A stretch of DNA of 63,858 bases, the filler included, from Octopus bimaculoides (Eukaryota): the NCBI RefSeq assembly GCF_001194135.2. It is 5 parts of 5 records of this genome, joined end to end, with 100 filler letters (N's around TTAATTAATTAA, not from the genome) between each part and the next. Parts side by side here need not be neighbours in the genome. Positions count along the whole stretch, not along the records: positions 26,300 to 39,366 come from NC_068983.1; positions 39,467 to 60,360 come from NC_069001.1; 3 more parts are not named here. One strand, written 5' to 3'. A program made the position numbers and the translations under genes. The notes below the pieces were generated by a model. It was not told where the DNA came from and made no database searches. It saw only the letters and a list, made by a program, of their open reading frames with translations. How positions within the stretch are numbered: position 1 is the first letter of the stretch; every line of letters begins with the position of its first letter. This document shows, piece by piece, positions 38,335 to 51,984 of this stretch.

Positions 38335-39340
38335 TACAGAAATACATCTGCGAATTCAAAGGGCAGCAAAGGCATTTGGTGGCTTGGAGTCACGCGTTTA
38401 GTGCCAGCGTCGTATAAATAAGAATACAAAGCTGGCTCTTTACAAATCGTTTGTCTTACCATCCCTGTTGTATTCTTGTGAAACATGGACATGTTATGAA
38501 AGGCATTTTAAATTGTTAGAACAAGAACACTAAAAATGCCTTCATCGCATTCTAAACACAGGTGTCCTTGCATCTGCAGGTATCACTTTAATTAAAGCTA
38601 TGATTTTGATGAACCAAATGAGATGGTGTGGCCATATTGTTCGAATGGCGGATGAACGTATGCTGAAACAGCTGTTTTATGATGAGCTTGCAGAGGGGAA
38701 ACTCTGTCGGCGTAAAACTAAAAAAAAAGGAAAGGGTTTAAGGACGGCATAAGGACTACTATGAAGTCACTTGGAATGGATCCAAAGGTCATAGAAACTC
38801 TTGCTTCGGATCGAGTTGGATAGCGAACAAAAGTGTGGAGTGGAGTGAAAGCATTTGAGGAGGCCAGGATAACGCGTGTAAGACTCAAAAGAGATCTAAG
38901 GAAGAATGTTACGATCGAGAAGGTGAATGACAATGACCTTTTTGCGTGCACAGTCTGTCACAGACCANNNNNNNNNNGACCTTTTTGCGTGCACAGTCTG
39001 TCACAGACCATGCCTTTCTTTTGCTAGGCTCAAATCTCATTTGCGAACCCATGGAAAACGAACCTCCACTAACTATTCTGCCTATATGTCCGTGCACACC
39101 TTTGAATGTAGTGTATGCCAGAAGGTTTGCAAATCTAACGGAAGCCTCAAAAGACATTTTAAGATCCACAAAGATCTGAACTTATCTGCAGCTGTTGGTT
39201 GTCTAAATCGAATGTGCAATCTATGTGGGTGTCTTTTCAGAACATTGTCTGGTTTAAAAAACCACGTCAAATGTCATGACGGTGCTAAGGTGGAGGTACA
39301 GAAGGTTGTCTAACTCTGCACCAGGAGTAACCAACCACCA
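38335..39340 (+). mobile_element. 5'-truncated RTE-clade LINE (post-RT region and 3' end)
   Basis: RIQRAAKAFGGL...TKLALYKSFVLPSLLYSCETWT...QMRWCGHIVRMADERMLKQLFY...LASDR..W. These are RTE/BovB C-terminal motifs with stops and frameshifts, followed by a short 3'UTR and (TA)n. Confidence 0.9.
38990..39313 (+). CDS. LINE-encoded triple C2H2 zinc-finger C-terminus (open frame)
   Basis: CTVC-x12-HLRTH, CSVC-x12-HFKIH and CNLC-x12-HVKCH, followed by a stop at 39311-39313. Confidence 0.85.
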   Translation, partial: CTVCHRPCLSFARLKSHLRTHGKRTSTNYSAYMSVHTFECSVCQKVCKSNGSLKRHFKIHKDLNLSAAVGCLNRMCNLCGCLFRTLSGLKNHVKCHDGAKVEVQKVV

Positions 39341-40439
39341 TATATATATATATATATATATATATANNNNNNNNNNNNNNNNNNNNNNNNNNNNNNNNNN
39401 NNNNNNNNNNTTAATTAATTAANNNNNNNNNNNNNNNNNNNNNNNNNNNNNNNNNNNNNNNNNNNNTATATATATATAATTATACACAACCCCTGCTAGT
39501 TTCCATTAATTAATCTTTCTATTGTTTTCTTCGTCTACCTTTCTCTCACTCACTCATAACTATCCGTCTAAATTCTTGTTTCGCGCACCTATCCTTCTTT
39601 ATTCCCCTAATATCTTCAATCTATTATTCTATCTCTATCTATATTCCATTCTACCTTCTTTCTTTCTTTACTTATCCTGTATTCCCCACTCTATCAACTG
39701 TACCAACAGTTAACTGTCCGTCCTTTTCCATGTTTATTTCTCTACTCCAACATTTTCCGTTTCTGTTTTTCTATTCATAAAGTGCGGAAACTGTGATGAC
39801 TTTTGGTTGACAACTAAAGAGGAAAGAGTCTGTTCACAAATATATTTGTTTATATATATATGTATCTGTGCATATGCAGATATGTGTCTAGATACGTGGA
39901 TGAGTCAAATGGTATTGGAAATAAAAATTGCATTGCTTCAGATTCATCAGTTGGATGTTTGTAAAACTGCAATACAAACTAATGGGGGATGCAGCGAAAA
40001 CATAATTGATGCATCAGGCATTAGAAAAGTAATTAGACTTAATTATTTCGTAAAGAACAAATTATTATAATTAATAAATGCTTTGTTTTTAATTTTTCCA
40101 AAAAAACACATGAAACGATTCCTGATGTAGTTTGTGTTTATTATAACCTCATCAGCGAAGCAAATATTCCATTATATCTCAGGAAATAGTGATTAATTAA
40201 TCATAAATTAACTGTATAAGATTACCGATTGATTGTTGTGGAAGAATAGAGTAGTTTAGGATTGCTTAGAGAGTAACTAATGCTAATTCACAGGCGCCAA
40301 TGACATGAATGGGGCGGCGTCGAGTACATAATATATATTACACATGCACATCACACACACAGATACACATAAGTATGCATATGAATATATATATATTTGT
40401 GTGTGTGTGTGTGTGTGTGTGTTAACATACACATATATA

Positions 40440-40650
40440 CAGGTTGCGATGGGTAAATTGTCGCCATTTGATATTTTTAATTTTCGCGCATGTGCTTTGT
40501 TTATTTTTGATTTTGTCGACTACATAGTATAGTAGGGTCAGTTGGGCATCGTCTGCGAGAAAAAACAGCACCATGATACAATTCACTCTGTCAGAAATTG
40601 GGAAACGACATGCTGTACTGCTTGGTATTCGCACCGGAAGCTCCAATACG
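40440..40650 (+). mobile_element. maT element 5' end fragment
   Basis: TA|CAGGTTGCGATGGGTAAATTGTCGCC TIR and a transposase start (MIQFTLSEIGKRHAVLLGIRTGS), homologous to 33190-33364. Confidence 0.8.
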
Positions 40651-42434
40651 AACATACGTCTGTGTTAGTACCCCATCACCACTTGACAACCGGTGTTGGT
40701 GTATTTACGTCCTCGTAACTTAGTGATTCGGCAAAAGAGACCGATAAAATAAGTACAACTCAATTCATTTGACTAAAAATCCAAGGCGGCGCGTCGGCAT
40801 GGCCGCAGTCTACTGACTGTATAAAGTAAAAGTTAAAAGATATATATATATATATATATAAATGGCGGTGCCCCAGCATGGCCACAGCTCATGAGCTGAA
40901 ACTAGATAAAATGAAAATAAAAATGAAATACATAGCTGAATAATTTATATACTTTCGAGTGATAGAAAAGAATTAGCTTTCTCTCCACTGGCGATCGGTC
41001 AACAAACTGTAACACGTGATTGTCAACTGTTTCGCCCACTCACTTTTAAAGCATATCTAAAGTATATCACGGATCCATTTATCATCGCACTATACTTTCA
41101 ATATGCGTTAACATTGAGTGGGTGAAACGACGTTCCCCTTCATTGCTATGACCTCATACTTTGTGGGCGCACACACGCACACACAAAGCAAAACCCACAA
41201 TCCGCCACCCACTCACATATGTGCATACACACAAGTATATTTGCGACAAAACAGAATTGCCCATCGGAAGAATTATACAGAATGCCTGACAATTAATAGT
41301 AGACATAGACGTTAAATACTGATGGATGTGGCTAGCCCCGTAACCTGGAACATAACTGACTGCCACCACGGTGTCTGCTTGGAAAATATATCCTTGCAAA
41401 CCTCACATTAATGTCCCTACGCAGGGCATCTTTGAAGCCTCTGGCTCCACAATGGGGTCGCTTCGCGGCCCTCTACCCTTGTCTAATGAAACTTACTTCT
41501 GTAAATGTGCTATGCACTGATGCTGATTGTAGTTTAGTCAAGGGGCGAGGGAAATGCAGTAAAAATAGGGGGGAGGTTAGTGTGGGCCCATTTAAGCGGC
41601 ACTTCAGAAATTGAACCTCCTTACGATATTCCCTGGCACTTCATGGTATGAAATTCATTGTCAATGCTCCGATTTGGTCGACAATGCCATGTATTTAGTT
41701 TAAAATGCAGTAAAAATCGGGGGTCAGTGGGCCCCAATTAGGCGGCTCTTAAAAAAATTGGCCCCCTTGGACATTCCCTGGGATTAGGAGAGTTGTTGGT
41801 TTGGGTTTCGTTGTCCTTGCCCCAACGTCTAGAAGGAGTTAACGACCATAGAAACGTAACAGACAGAAACATCACTCAAATTTATATTAAGAAATATAAT
41901 ATATGCATGTGTGTGCGTTTGTATGTATGAAGGCATATAAGTGATTGTGTGTGTGTGTTTGCATATATATANNNNNNNNNNNNNNNNNNNNNNNNNNNNN
42001 NNNNNNNNNNNNNNNNNNNNNNNNNNNNNNNNNNNNNNNNNNNNNNNNNNNNNNNNNNNNNNNNNNNNNNNNNNNNNNNNNNNNNNNNNNNNNNNNNNNN
42101 NNNNNNNNNNNNNNNNNNNNNNNNNNNNNNNNNNNNNNNNNNNNNNNNNNNNNNNNNNNNNNNNNNNNNNNNNNNNNNNNNNNNNNNNNNNNNNNNNNNN
42201 NNNNNNNNNNNNNNNNNNNATATATATAAAAGGTAAGATCCAAGGATCAAATTGTAGGAAGTTAGTGAGTTTCGAACAGTTCGTAGAAAGCATGAAAAAC
42301 AGCCTTCAGTAGTGGTTTATTGACGTAGAATGTTGTAAATTTTCCCCATATCGAAATTCGATAAGCTGGAAAAAGTTATTTTACAGTTTACAGTTAGCAG
42401 CTGGTGTTGCTCTGTATGCGAATAAATACATGTC

Positions 42435-42505
<71 letters not shown>

Positions 42506-43138
42506 ATGGATGTATGTATGTGCATGTATAAATTTATATAGCTCGACAGCATCACCTTTATTTCTGCATCTCTTTTAGGAAATATATGGAAGCGAGCGCA
42601 AATAACCTTATGCGGTAAGTGTAACACAGAAATTAAATTTCTCGTAGAAATAACACAACTAATTGTATTTGATTATTTAACTAAAAAAAAAAGTCATATG
42701 TATATATATATATATATATATGACTTTTTTAAATATATTTATATATACGTAACAAATTTTCACTATGTACGTATGTGTATGTGCGCACGTACTTTTTGCA
42801 ACATAAATAAGTTTAATATTGTATATGTTATACAAGTGTGAGGCACGAACAGTGTAGATGGAAGCGAAATGAGAAAGTTGCTACGTGTCATAGAGAATGT
42901 GAGAAACGGTGCAGTTTACAGTTTAATACATTAGGAAGTAATGAAGGAAAAGCAGCTGAGCTGTAAATTATACAAATAGGAAAATGTACGTGAAAGCATT
43001 CAGTGAAAAACACACGCACAAACACACCTAAGCATCGAGAAATAAGTACACATAAACACACAATTATATATGACAGCGGTAAAATGCATACAGATGTGTG
43101 CGTATACATGCGTGCTTATGTGTGTGTGAGTGCGTCCT

Positions 43139-43183
<45 letters not shown>

Positions 43184-44247
43184 NNNNNNNNNNNNNNNNN
43201 NNNNNNNNNNNNNNNNNNNNNNNNNNNNNNNNNNNNNNNNNNNNNNNNNNNNNNNNNNNNNNNNNNNNNNNNNNNNNNNNNNNNNNNNNNNNNNNNNNNN
43301 NNNNNNNNNNNNNNNNNNNNNNNNNNNNNNNNNNNNNNNNNNNNNNNNNNNNNNNNNNNNNNNNNNNNNNNNNNNNNNNNNNNNNNNNNNNNNNNNNNNN
43401 NNNNNNNNNNNNNNNNNNNNNNNNNNNNNNNNNNNNNNNNNNNNNNNNNNNNNNNNNNNNNNNNNNNNNNNNNNNNNNNNNNNNNNNNNNNNNNNNNNNN
43501 NNNNNNNNNNNNNNNNNNNNNNNNNNNNNNNNNNNNNNNNNNNNNNNNNNATGTATAAGCATATATATATTCTATACATATATATAAATACACTCTGCCA
43601 CACACGCACAAATTGCATGACGGTTTTAAAGTATATTATCGAAAATAAATATAAAATAAAGATCACTGTTTGTGGTTCACGAAAAAAAAAAAAAAATAAA
43701 AAAAAAAGTTAAGTAAGAAAATATTTCGAGTAAAAAAAAAAAAGCGTGAAAACTGCCTTGGGGTAAATGAGAGAAAATAAAGACACAATGGTAGAGCGAA
43801 AAGGAGCGAAAACTAATGAATGGGAGTCAAGAGTTCGATAGCTGAAGGGAAACAAAGCGTGATATCATTATCATCGTAGGGGCTTGGTAGGTGCAGTGGG
43901 AGGTGCGGTAAAGAACAGCAAAGAAAGAGAATTTCCAACGGTGCCTTATCAGATTATATTAAACGGTGTCGAACAATAAGAATTGGTGTGTATAGAAGCA
44001 ATGTGAGGATTGGCGAATATTGTTCCAAGAAAGAGTAAGACGCAATGCACGTGAACAACAATTGCTTGGAACAACATTGGAAATGAGAGTGAATTAGATT
44101 AGAGATGAAGAACAACGGTTAAATGTATCTTACCTTAGTTAAATATGAACCCCAGCACAATCTCTGGAATGCTTCGGGAGAAAACCGATTAAATTTGATA
44201 AAAGAGAAAGAGTTAAGCTTGCTTCTGTTTTATGTATGTGTGTGCGT

Positions 44248-44282
<35 letters not shown>

Positions 44283-44347
44283 AGGTTGCATATATTTATG
44301 TTCCTCTCCTATCTTTTGCCTGTCTTTCTCTCTCATTCACTATCTCT

Positions 44348-44378
<31 letters not shown>

Positions 44379-44544
44379 CCCTCACATTTAAACACAGAGA
44401 GTGAAGGTGAGAGAGGCATAGAGATAGATAGATAGATAGATAGATAGATAACTGGAGTGAGAAAGAGGGGGATATACATGTACTGACAACCACCAACACA
44501 CACACATTCGTTCACGCACGCAAAAACACACTCACGTAGATATC

Positions 44545-44694
44545 GGTGCAGGCATGGCTGTGTGGCAAGGATCTTCTTTCCCAACGAAAACATTCCGGGT
44601 TCAGTCCCACTGCGTGGCACTTTGGGCATGTGTATTCTACTATAGCCAAAGCCTTGTTAGTGGATTTGGTAAACGGAAACTGAAAGAAGCCCAA

Positions 44695-44793
<99 letters not shown>

Positions 44794-45005
44794 GTGTGTG
44801 TGTGTGTGTGTGCCTGCGTGTGTTTCTGTGTCTTATAGTCCTCCCAGCATCATTTAACAACCGATGTTGGTGTGTTTCCTGATAGAATAAGTACTAAGCT
44901 CACAAAGAACAACTCCTGGGATCGATTCCTTCGACTAAAAGCCTTAAAAGCGGTGCTCCGGCATGGCCGGCCGCAGTCAAATGCTTTAAACAAGTAAAAG
45001 AATGA
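44545..45005 (+). mobile_element. SINE family A
   Basis: Head, microsatellite and tail colinear with 8808-9203. Confidence 0.8.
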
Positions 45006-45039
45006 AAGAATAAAAAAATTTATACATGTATATAAATGC

Positions 45040-45610
45040 TTGTAGATAGAAATAACGTCCAAGTGGCTGAGTACTCCATAGGCATGCGGATTCCTAACGT
45101 AGTTCTCATTCTCAGGGTTATTCAACGTGACACAGAATGTGACAACGCTTGTTTCAATGAATTACAGGTAGAACACATTTTTGCCAGTTGAGTGGATCGG
45201 AGCAACTTGAAATAAATCTCAAGGACGCAACGCGCCGCGGGGAATCGAACTCACAATCGTAAGTCGCGAGTCGAATACCCTAACCACTAAGCCGCGCACT
45301 TTCACATATACTTGGATGTGCAACAATACTGCACTCCAAGGGTTCCAGTTGATCCAATCAACGGAACAGCCTGCTCGTGAAATTAACGTGCAAGTGGCTG
45401 AGCGCTCCACAGATACGTGTACCCTTAACGTAGTTCTCGGGGATATTCAGCGTGACACAGTGTGACAAGGCTGACCCTTTGAATTACAGGCACAACAGAA
45501 ACAGGAAGTAAGAGTGAGAGAAAGTTGTGGTGAAAGAGTATAGAAGGGTTCGCCACCACCCCCTGTCGGAACCTCGTGGAGCTTTAAGCGTTTTCGCTCA
45601 ATAAACGCTN
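45040..45610 (-). mobile_element. Two adjacent SINE family C copies
   Basis: The motif aagtggctgag...cgtagttctc...cgtgacacag.gtgacaa occurs twice (45060-45150, 45390-45470). A tRNA-like head lies at 45235-45300. Confidence 0.75.
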
Positions 45611-46789
45611 NNNNNNNNNNNNNNNNNNNNNNNNNNNNNNNNNNNNNNNNNNNNNNNNNNNNNNNNNNNNNNNNNNNNNNNNNNNNNNNNNNNNNNNNNN
45701 NNNNNNNNNNNNNNNNNNNNNNNNNNNNNNNNNNNNNNNNNNNNNNNNNNNNNNNNNNNNNNNNNNNNNNNNNNNNNNNNNNNNNNNNNNNNNNNNNNNN
45801 NNNNNNNNNNNNNNNNNNNNNNNNNNNNNNNNNNNNTTGCACCTCCACAATTGTTTCCGTAAACGGACGTTATCATTTATTGCACATCTCATACAATGTT
45901 ATGCTTTTCATGTAATACCCGCCATAATATATAACAAGATGTAATAATAATCCTATATTCTATTCGCTTCATCAGATGTCGTGATTTAAAGGGGCAATCG
46001 ACCAAATGAAAATCCTGGGGTAAGTTAATTTGGGCTTGTTTACAGTGTCCAAACAGATAGAACACCTAAAATAGTGGTTCACTACCCTGTCCATGCTGGA
46101 GGTCCATGTAAGATTTATTTTGTTGTTAAAATTTATCTGCAATGTATTGGTTACACTTCTACAATGAACAAATTCTTCCAACAAATTTTTACATAATTCC
46201 TAATAATTTTTCATTATAAAAATGGAATAGGGTTTTTAAACATCGAATGGTTAGGAGGGTCTATCCAAGTAAAGAAGGAATCAAAGGAATCCAAAGGTAA
46301 AAAAGTCGATGAGAATCACAGACTTAAATCTTACACTTTATATCTTCTGTAAGTTTTAAGGCAATTAATCCTAATAATGTGTATTGATGTGAATTAAAAC
46401 AAAATAAAGTCAGTTGGAATTTATCACCTAGATCAAAGCGTTTACTGTAGAACAGCGATCAGCCATTTAATGACTTTTATGGCGACATTAGCATTCAGAT
46501 TGGGGGCTAGTATAATAAATTCTACATTATGAGCACGCCCGACCAACTCCTTTACAATCCTATCAAAACCATGCTCTCTGCGACGTACATAAATACACAC
46601 ACTTATTATATGAAATGGCTTCCAGACGTACAGACACACACAGAAATACAATTCAAAAATAATTGCACGGTATACGTATAGATATGCGTACAACGATATA
46701 CATTTAAACAAACACATGAATGTACATGGACAGGTATATATGCACACGTATACACATACATACATACATACATACATACATACATACAT

Positions 46790-46832
<43 letters not shown>

Positions 46833-47524
46833 ATAATTATATATGCATATATGGGTACAGGACGTCACCAATTGTAAACAACATGAAGTACAAAAACAAG
46901 AGAGCTAAGTACGCAAACAACGAGAAAAAAATTGAAAACGGGTCAAGTAACACAAAGAACGATCCTTCATCAGTTGTCGATTGTCTCTCTACTCCTCATT
47001 TCGAGCATTCAACGAGGAAAGTTCAAAGGGAGGGAAGACGGAGGAAGAAAATCTTTGTATCCCCACCATCGCTTGGCAACCAATGCTGATGTTTTTACGT
47101 CCCCGTAACATAACTGTTCGGCAAAAGAGACAGACGATTTGTTCGACTAAAGACGGTGCTCCAGCATGGACGCAGTGATATGACAAATAAATGAATTAAA
47201 AAATACAACGTGCTTCTTTCAGTTTCCGTCTACCAAATCCACATAGAAGGCTCTAATCGACCTGAGACTATAGTAGAAAACACTTAGCCAACTGGACTGG
47301 GACTGAACACGGGACCATGTGATTGGGAAGCAAGCTCTCAGGACACAGCCACTCCTGCACCTATATATATATGTGTGTGTGTGTGTATGTATGCATAAAT
47401 AATACGAGATACATGTGTAATAATACGAGATACGTGTATTCTTTATAACCATGTATATAAGATTATGCACAGTGAGCACACATAAATCGATGTAAATATA
47501 TTCACTCACAGCATGTGACGTGTA

Positions 47525-47573
<49 letters not shown>

Positions 47574-47675
47574 NNNNNNNNNNCACACACACATATATAT
47601 ATATATATATATGTACATATATCTATATCTATCCATCGATCAATATCTCTCTATATATGGGTGTATATATACATA

Positions 47676-47707
<32 letters not shown>

Positions 47708-48315
47708 AGTATATATGACGCTTGAGCATCTAAAGTGCCTTTCGTAACATACGTTCCTATTTTCTCTACGATAGAGAAATGACTGCTATTTTATAACATA
47801 TTTTCTACATTTTAATCAAGTCATTTCTATTTTATCCTCTTTATCTCTTCTTTTATATATTATTCTTCCCAATAATTCCTTTCAATGAGGTTTCTTTTCT
47901 ATGAAACGATATTTCCAATATCAATGAATGAGCTATATATAGGATATACCATACATACTTACTTGCTTCCATACATACATGCATACAGAATCATAGAGCT
48001 ATACGTTTATATCGACATATGTGTCTTTGTGTGCGTTTTGAATGGCTGGTAATGAATACGTGGCAACTAACTGTTTAAGAAGGGATTGGAGATGATTACA
48101 GACGTCGAACATAAATAGTATTTGTTAAAGAAATATAAAATGGTTGGTGACAAAAGGCCTCATGTTTCAGTCCCAGTATGTCTAGAAACGAACAAAATGC
48201 GTGTTCATTGTTGGGTAAGTTCAGAACTAGGTTTAGAGAATTTTCTAGAAAACAATGCCGAACTAAAATATATAGAGAGCAAGGTTTTCTAAACTACAAA
48301 ATAAAAATGGAATTA

Positions 48316-48356
<41 letters not shown>

Positions 48357-48500
48357 CAAATTAAAAGAGTAAAGGATTATCAATTTATTAATTAATAAAT
48401 CAATTAATAATTAATAATTTTTACCAAGCCCATCGGTATGAAAGCACCATTATTGGTGGAGAACTTATTCAAAAGTTCATATATTTATAANNNNNNNNNN

Positions 48501-48538
<38 letters not shown>

Positions 48539-49339
48539 CAAATTAAAAGAGTAAAGGATTATCAATTTATTAATTAATAAATCAATTAATAATTAATAAT
48601 TTTTACCAAGCCCATCGGTATGAAAGCACCATTATTGGTGGAGAACTTATTCAAAAGTTCATATATTTATAAATATAATTAAGGGATCAGCAAAAGATTT
48701 GCTTCACCATATACCATATATATATATATACATTAGCTCTCAGATATACACGGCCGTTTGAAGAAAAGTAAAACTTATTCAAATTCCAAAAAACGATAAA
48801 CAAATGTAGAAGAAGAAAAGCGTTGCAAAAATATAAAAAGGAAACAAAAAGCATAAGAAACTAGATAAAAAATATCTTCTTGTTAATTCAAATGACAGGG
48901 GAAAGGATTAAAAGAAATGAATGAAAAAAACGAATAATTTATCTTCTTACAATCCAATATGTCTGTGTAGTAATTGTAAACGGTAGCTGAAAGAGTATAG
49001 GCAGTCTTATATATCTGCCTTGATGAGTATATCAATCTTTGTTACAGGTTCAAATCTAAGATAATCAGCAAGATGTGATCAGGTGTCACTTGGTGTTTCA
49101 TTCGTGATTACATTCTTATCGCAAAAGTATGGAATATCTTTGTCTAAGGCATGGAATATCTTTGTCTATTTTCCCTTTCTAATAATTGTTCTCGACATAT
49201 ACAAGAATCCTTTATTGATTTTTCCTTTTCGTCGTTAACATATATGCACATATACATACATATATAACCACACACACACACACACACACACACACATCTT
49301 TGAACACCTGATGAGATGAACGTGTTCTATGCTATCACG

Positions 49340-49790
49340 AAGCTTAAAGTTACGTCGAGCTCAATACCACAGATTTGCTTGTCAGTTGTTTGACCTTAAC
49401 CAGTTGTCCCTTAGTGGCTGACGACATGTGCATCTCTGATCACGAGCAGAAGTAGTGGGGGAGAATCATAGCCATGTGTTAAGAGGAATTCTTTGGGGTT
49501 TGGATAATTCAGTTTTGGAAACATGGGTGTTTTGTTCATCATCTTTAAACAACAAACAATTCAGGGACCTTTTGAGCGGGATGTGCTACTCGTCCCGAAG
49601 AAAATTCTAACTGGGCCCCGCCTGCAAGGTCATGCACTGTCTATCTTGATATGAGATCACCATGTCTCACACATATGGTTGTGATGTAGATGCTTGGTGT
49701 ACCCTTATCAGACGGCTAGTCATTATGGGTATACTGGGCTTCGTATATTTTACCCCAGTCTCACTTTGATGGCATGCACTACTCTCTCAC

Positions 49791-49820
<30 letters not shown>
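49340..49820 (+). mobile_element. Probable non-LTR retrotransposon 3'UTR with (AAT)n tail
   Basis: Non-coding block ending ...gatggcatgcactactctctcactt(aat)n, recalled as a common repeat end. No ORF confirms it. Confidence 0.5.
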
Positions 49821-49822
<2 letters not shown>

Positions 49823-49824
49823 TT

Positions 49825-50035
49825 TTTCTATTATAGGCACAAGGCCTGAATTTTGGGGGGAGGGAGACAGTCGATCACATTGACCCCAGTACTCAACTAG
49901 TACTTGTTTATCGACTCCGAAAAGATTAAAGACAAAGTCGACCTAGGCGGAATTTGAACTCAGAAAGTTGCGGCAGATGAAATACAGCTAAGCATTTCGC
50001 CCGGCGTGCTAACGATTCTGCCAACTTGCCGCCTA
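49825..50035 (-). mobile_element. SINE family B
   Basis: Reverse complement of the 34996-35212 type. Confidence 0.8.
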
Positions 50036-50069
50036 CATTCTACCTCCCTCTCTCCCCATCCATCCATTC

Positions 50070-50163
<94 letters not shown>

Positions 50164-50273
50164 TCGTCTGTCTATATATCTATCTCTCTGTCTGTCTATC
50201 TATCTATTTAAATATATGTGTGAGTATATATATATACACTCAGGCATACAGACACAAATATATGTTTGTGTGA

Positions 50274-50307
<34 letters not shown>

Positions 50308-50769
50308 TTGTGTGTGTGTCTTACAGCTTTAAGCCTCCCTTTCAATTTACATAAAGTGAAGTAAATAGGAGAACGACATTGCGCTTGTGAGTATGAGACA
50401 GAATAATTTAATTTAGCTAAAACATTTGTATTAGAAAGTAAAATATTTTTTACATGCCTTTGTCAAGTTGTCAGTTTTTATGAAACATCTCATCGTCGCT
50501 CGGTTTATTGAGTGTGAAATGTATTGGATTTGTATAATAGGAAGGTGCTATCTATTTCATATAAGTAAATTCTGAAAAACTGCAAAGAAATGCAATTGAA
50601 TAGAAACAACATTAAGAATAGTAATGTCAATAGTAATTTTTTTTACCAAAGTAGTAGCAGTAGCAACTATAGTATTATTATTATTATTATTATTAGTAGT
50701 AGTAGTAGTATATAAATGCAAACACGAGTGTGTAGCCAAGGCAATATACTCAGGGTTTTGAAATGAAGT

Positions 50770-51700
50770 AAGCAGAAAGTAGCATCAGAACCAACCGCAG
50801 AATATGACAGAGAAAGATCAATTTCAGGTTTTCTGGGACTTTGCAGTTCAGACTGACCTTGAGATTCACGCAAGACGACCAGATGTTAACCTTGTGGAAA
50901 GGGATATAGAAAAGGGTACATCATCATAGATGTGTCTGTGTCTGCTGGTACGATGGGCTGCTGAAAAGATTCCGGTTTTCAGTAAAAATGAATACAAGAG
51001 GATCAGTTAATTATGATTTTATTTAACATGTTCCCCTCTCAGATTCGTACACTTATTGCAGCGGTCCTTCAGTTTTTCTAAGCCCTGTAAAAGAACTCGG
51101 AAGGCTGGGTTTTCAACAAGGCATTTCGCGATATTCATAAACCCAGGAACTTTTGAGCACCACTCGTACATTCCTGGCTCTGGGTAAAAGAAAATACAGG
51201 TGGATCAGTTAAGTATGATTCTATTCTACACATTCACCTCCCAGATTCACACACTTACTGCAAGGGTCCTTCTGGTTTTCTAAGCTATGTAAAAGAGCTC
51301 GGAAAAGTGGGTTTCGAACAAGACCTTTAGCGATGCTCTTAAAGCCAGGAACTTTTCAGCACCCCCTTGAATCTATGCAGCAGTTAAAGAGCAGGAGGAA
51401 ATAAGAAAATACCAAGACCTAGCAAGGGTAATACGAAGAGTGTGGAGTGATTCTGCAAAAGTAAACCCAGTTGTTATTGGCGCCTTAGTTACCGCTACCA
51501 ACAGACTCGGTTGTCTCCTTAACGAGACCAGTGTAACTACAAGAATCGCATTAGTACAGAAATCTACTTATTCTGTTCCGTCCGGAACAGCAAGAATCGT
51601 TCGAACAATCCTCGATATCTGACGAAACTAGTTGTGGCCATGCAACCAGGATATTGATTCCAAATATAAACATTTGTGTTGACCATTAGATGATGATGAT
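50770..51700 (+). mobile_element. R4/Dong-type non-LTR retrotransposon 3' end (restriction-like endonuclease domain), interrupted
   Basis: FWDFAVQTDLEIHARRPDVNLV...IIIDVSV | KEQEEIRKYQDLARVIRRVW...PVVIGAL...QKS...GTARIVRTILDI* gives the PD..D...E...KYxDL RLE motifs, with a (GAT)n tail. Confidence 0.85.
50951..51369. mobile_element. Head-to-tail dimer of a ~215-bp mariner-type MITE
   Basis: TA|CGATGGGCTGCTGAAAAG... and ...AGGAACTTTTGAGCACCACTCG|TA. The second unit is 51169-51369 and a third copy lies at 59717-59895. Confidence 0.8.
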
Positions 51701-51948
51701 GATCCATTCTCTTAAAGGGACAAATTTTTTGGGAAGGGGCTAGCAGATTATATCATCCGCATTGTTTCACTGGTACTTAAATTTGGAACCCAAAAGGATG
51801 AAAGGCAAAGTGGACATCGGTGGAATTTGAAATCAAAATAGAAAATAAGGACGGGAAAATGCTTTTGTTCACTCTTAAATTTGATGGACATACAGCGATA
51901 AGCAAGCCGACTCAAGAAATCTTTCGCACAACATTTTTACTGATGTAC

Positions 51949-51984
51949 CCGAAGAGACCCAGAACGACGGGTCGAAACACGTGT
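51949..51984 (+). ncRNA. Decayed minimal hammerhead-ribozyme motif (Penelope-like element end)
   Basis: C(C)GAAGA-GACCC-agaacgac-GGGTC-GAAAC-ACGTGT has a perfect stem II and a palindromic stem III. There is a U4-to-C change and no valid NUH. Confidence 0.5.

Noticed and set aside
38935-39010. Apparent fourth zinc-finger start (DLFACTVCHRP twice)
   Set aside because: An identical 30-bp duplication across a 10-N gap, so an assembly overlap. Only three fingers were counted.
48310-48670. Perfect ~170-bp direct duplication
   Set aside because: The copies are identical and separated by a 10-N gap, a typical unmerged contig overlap.
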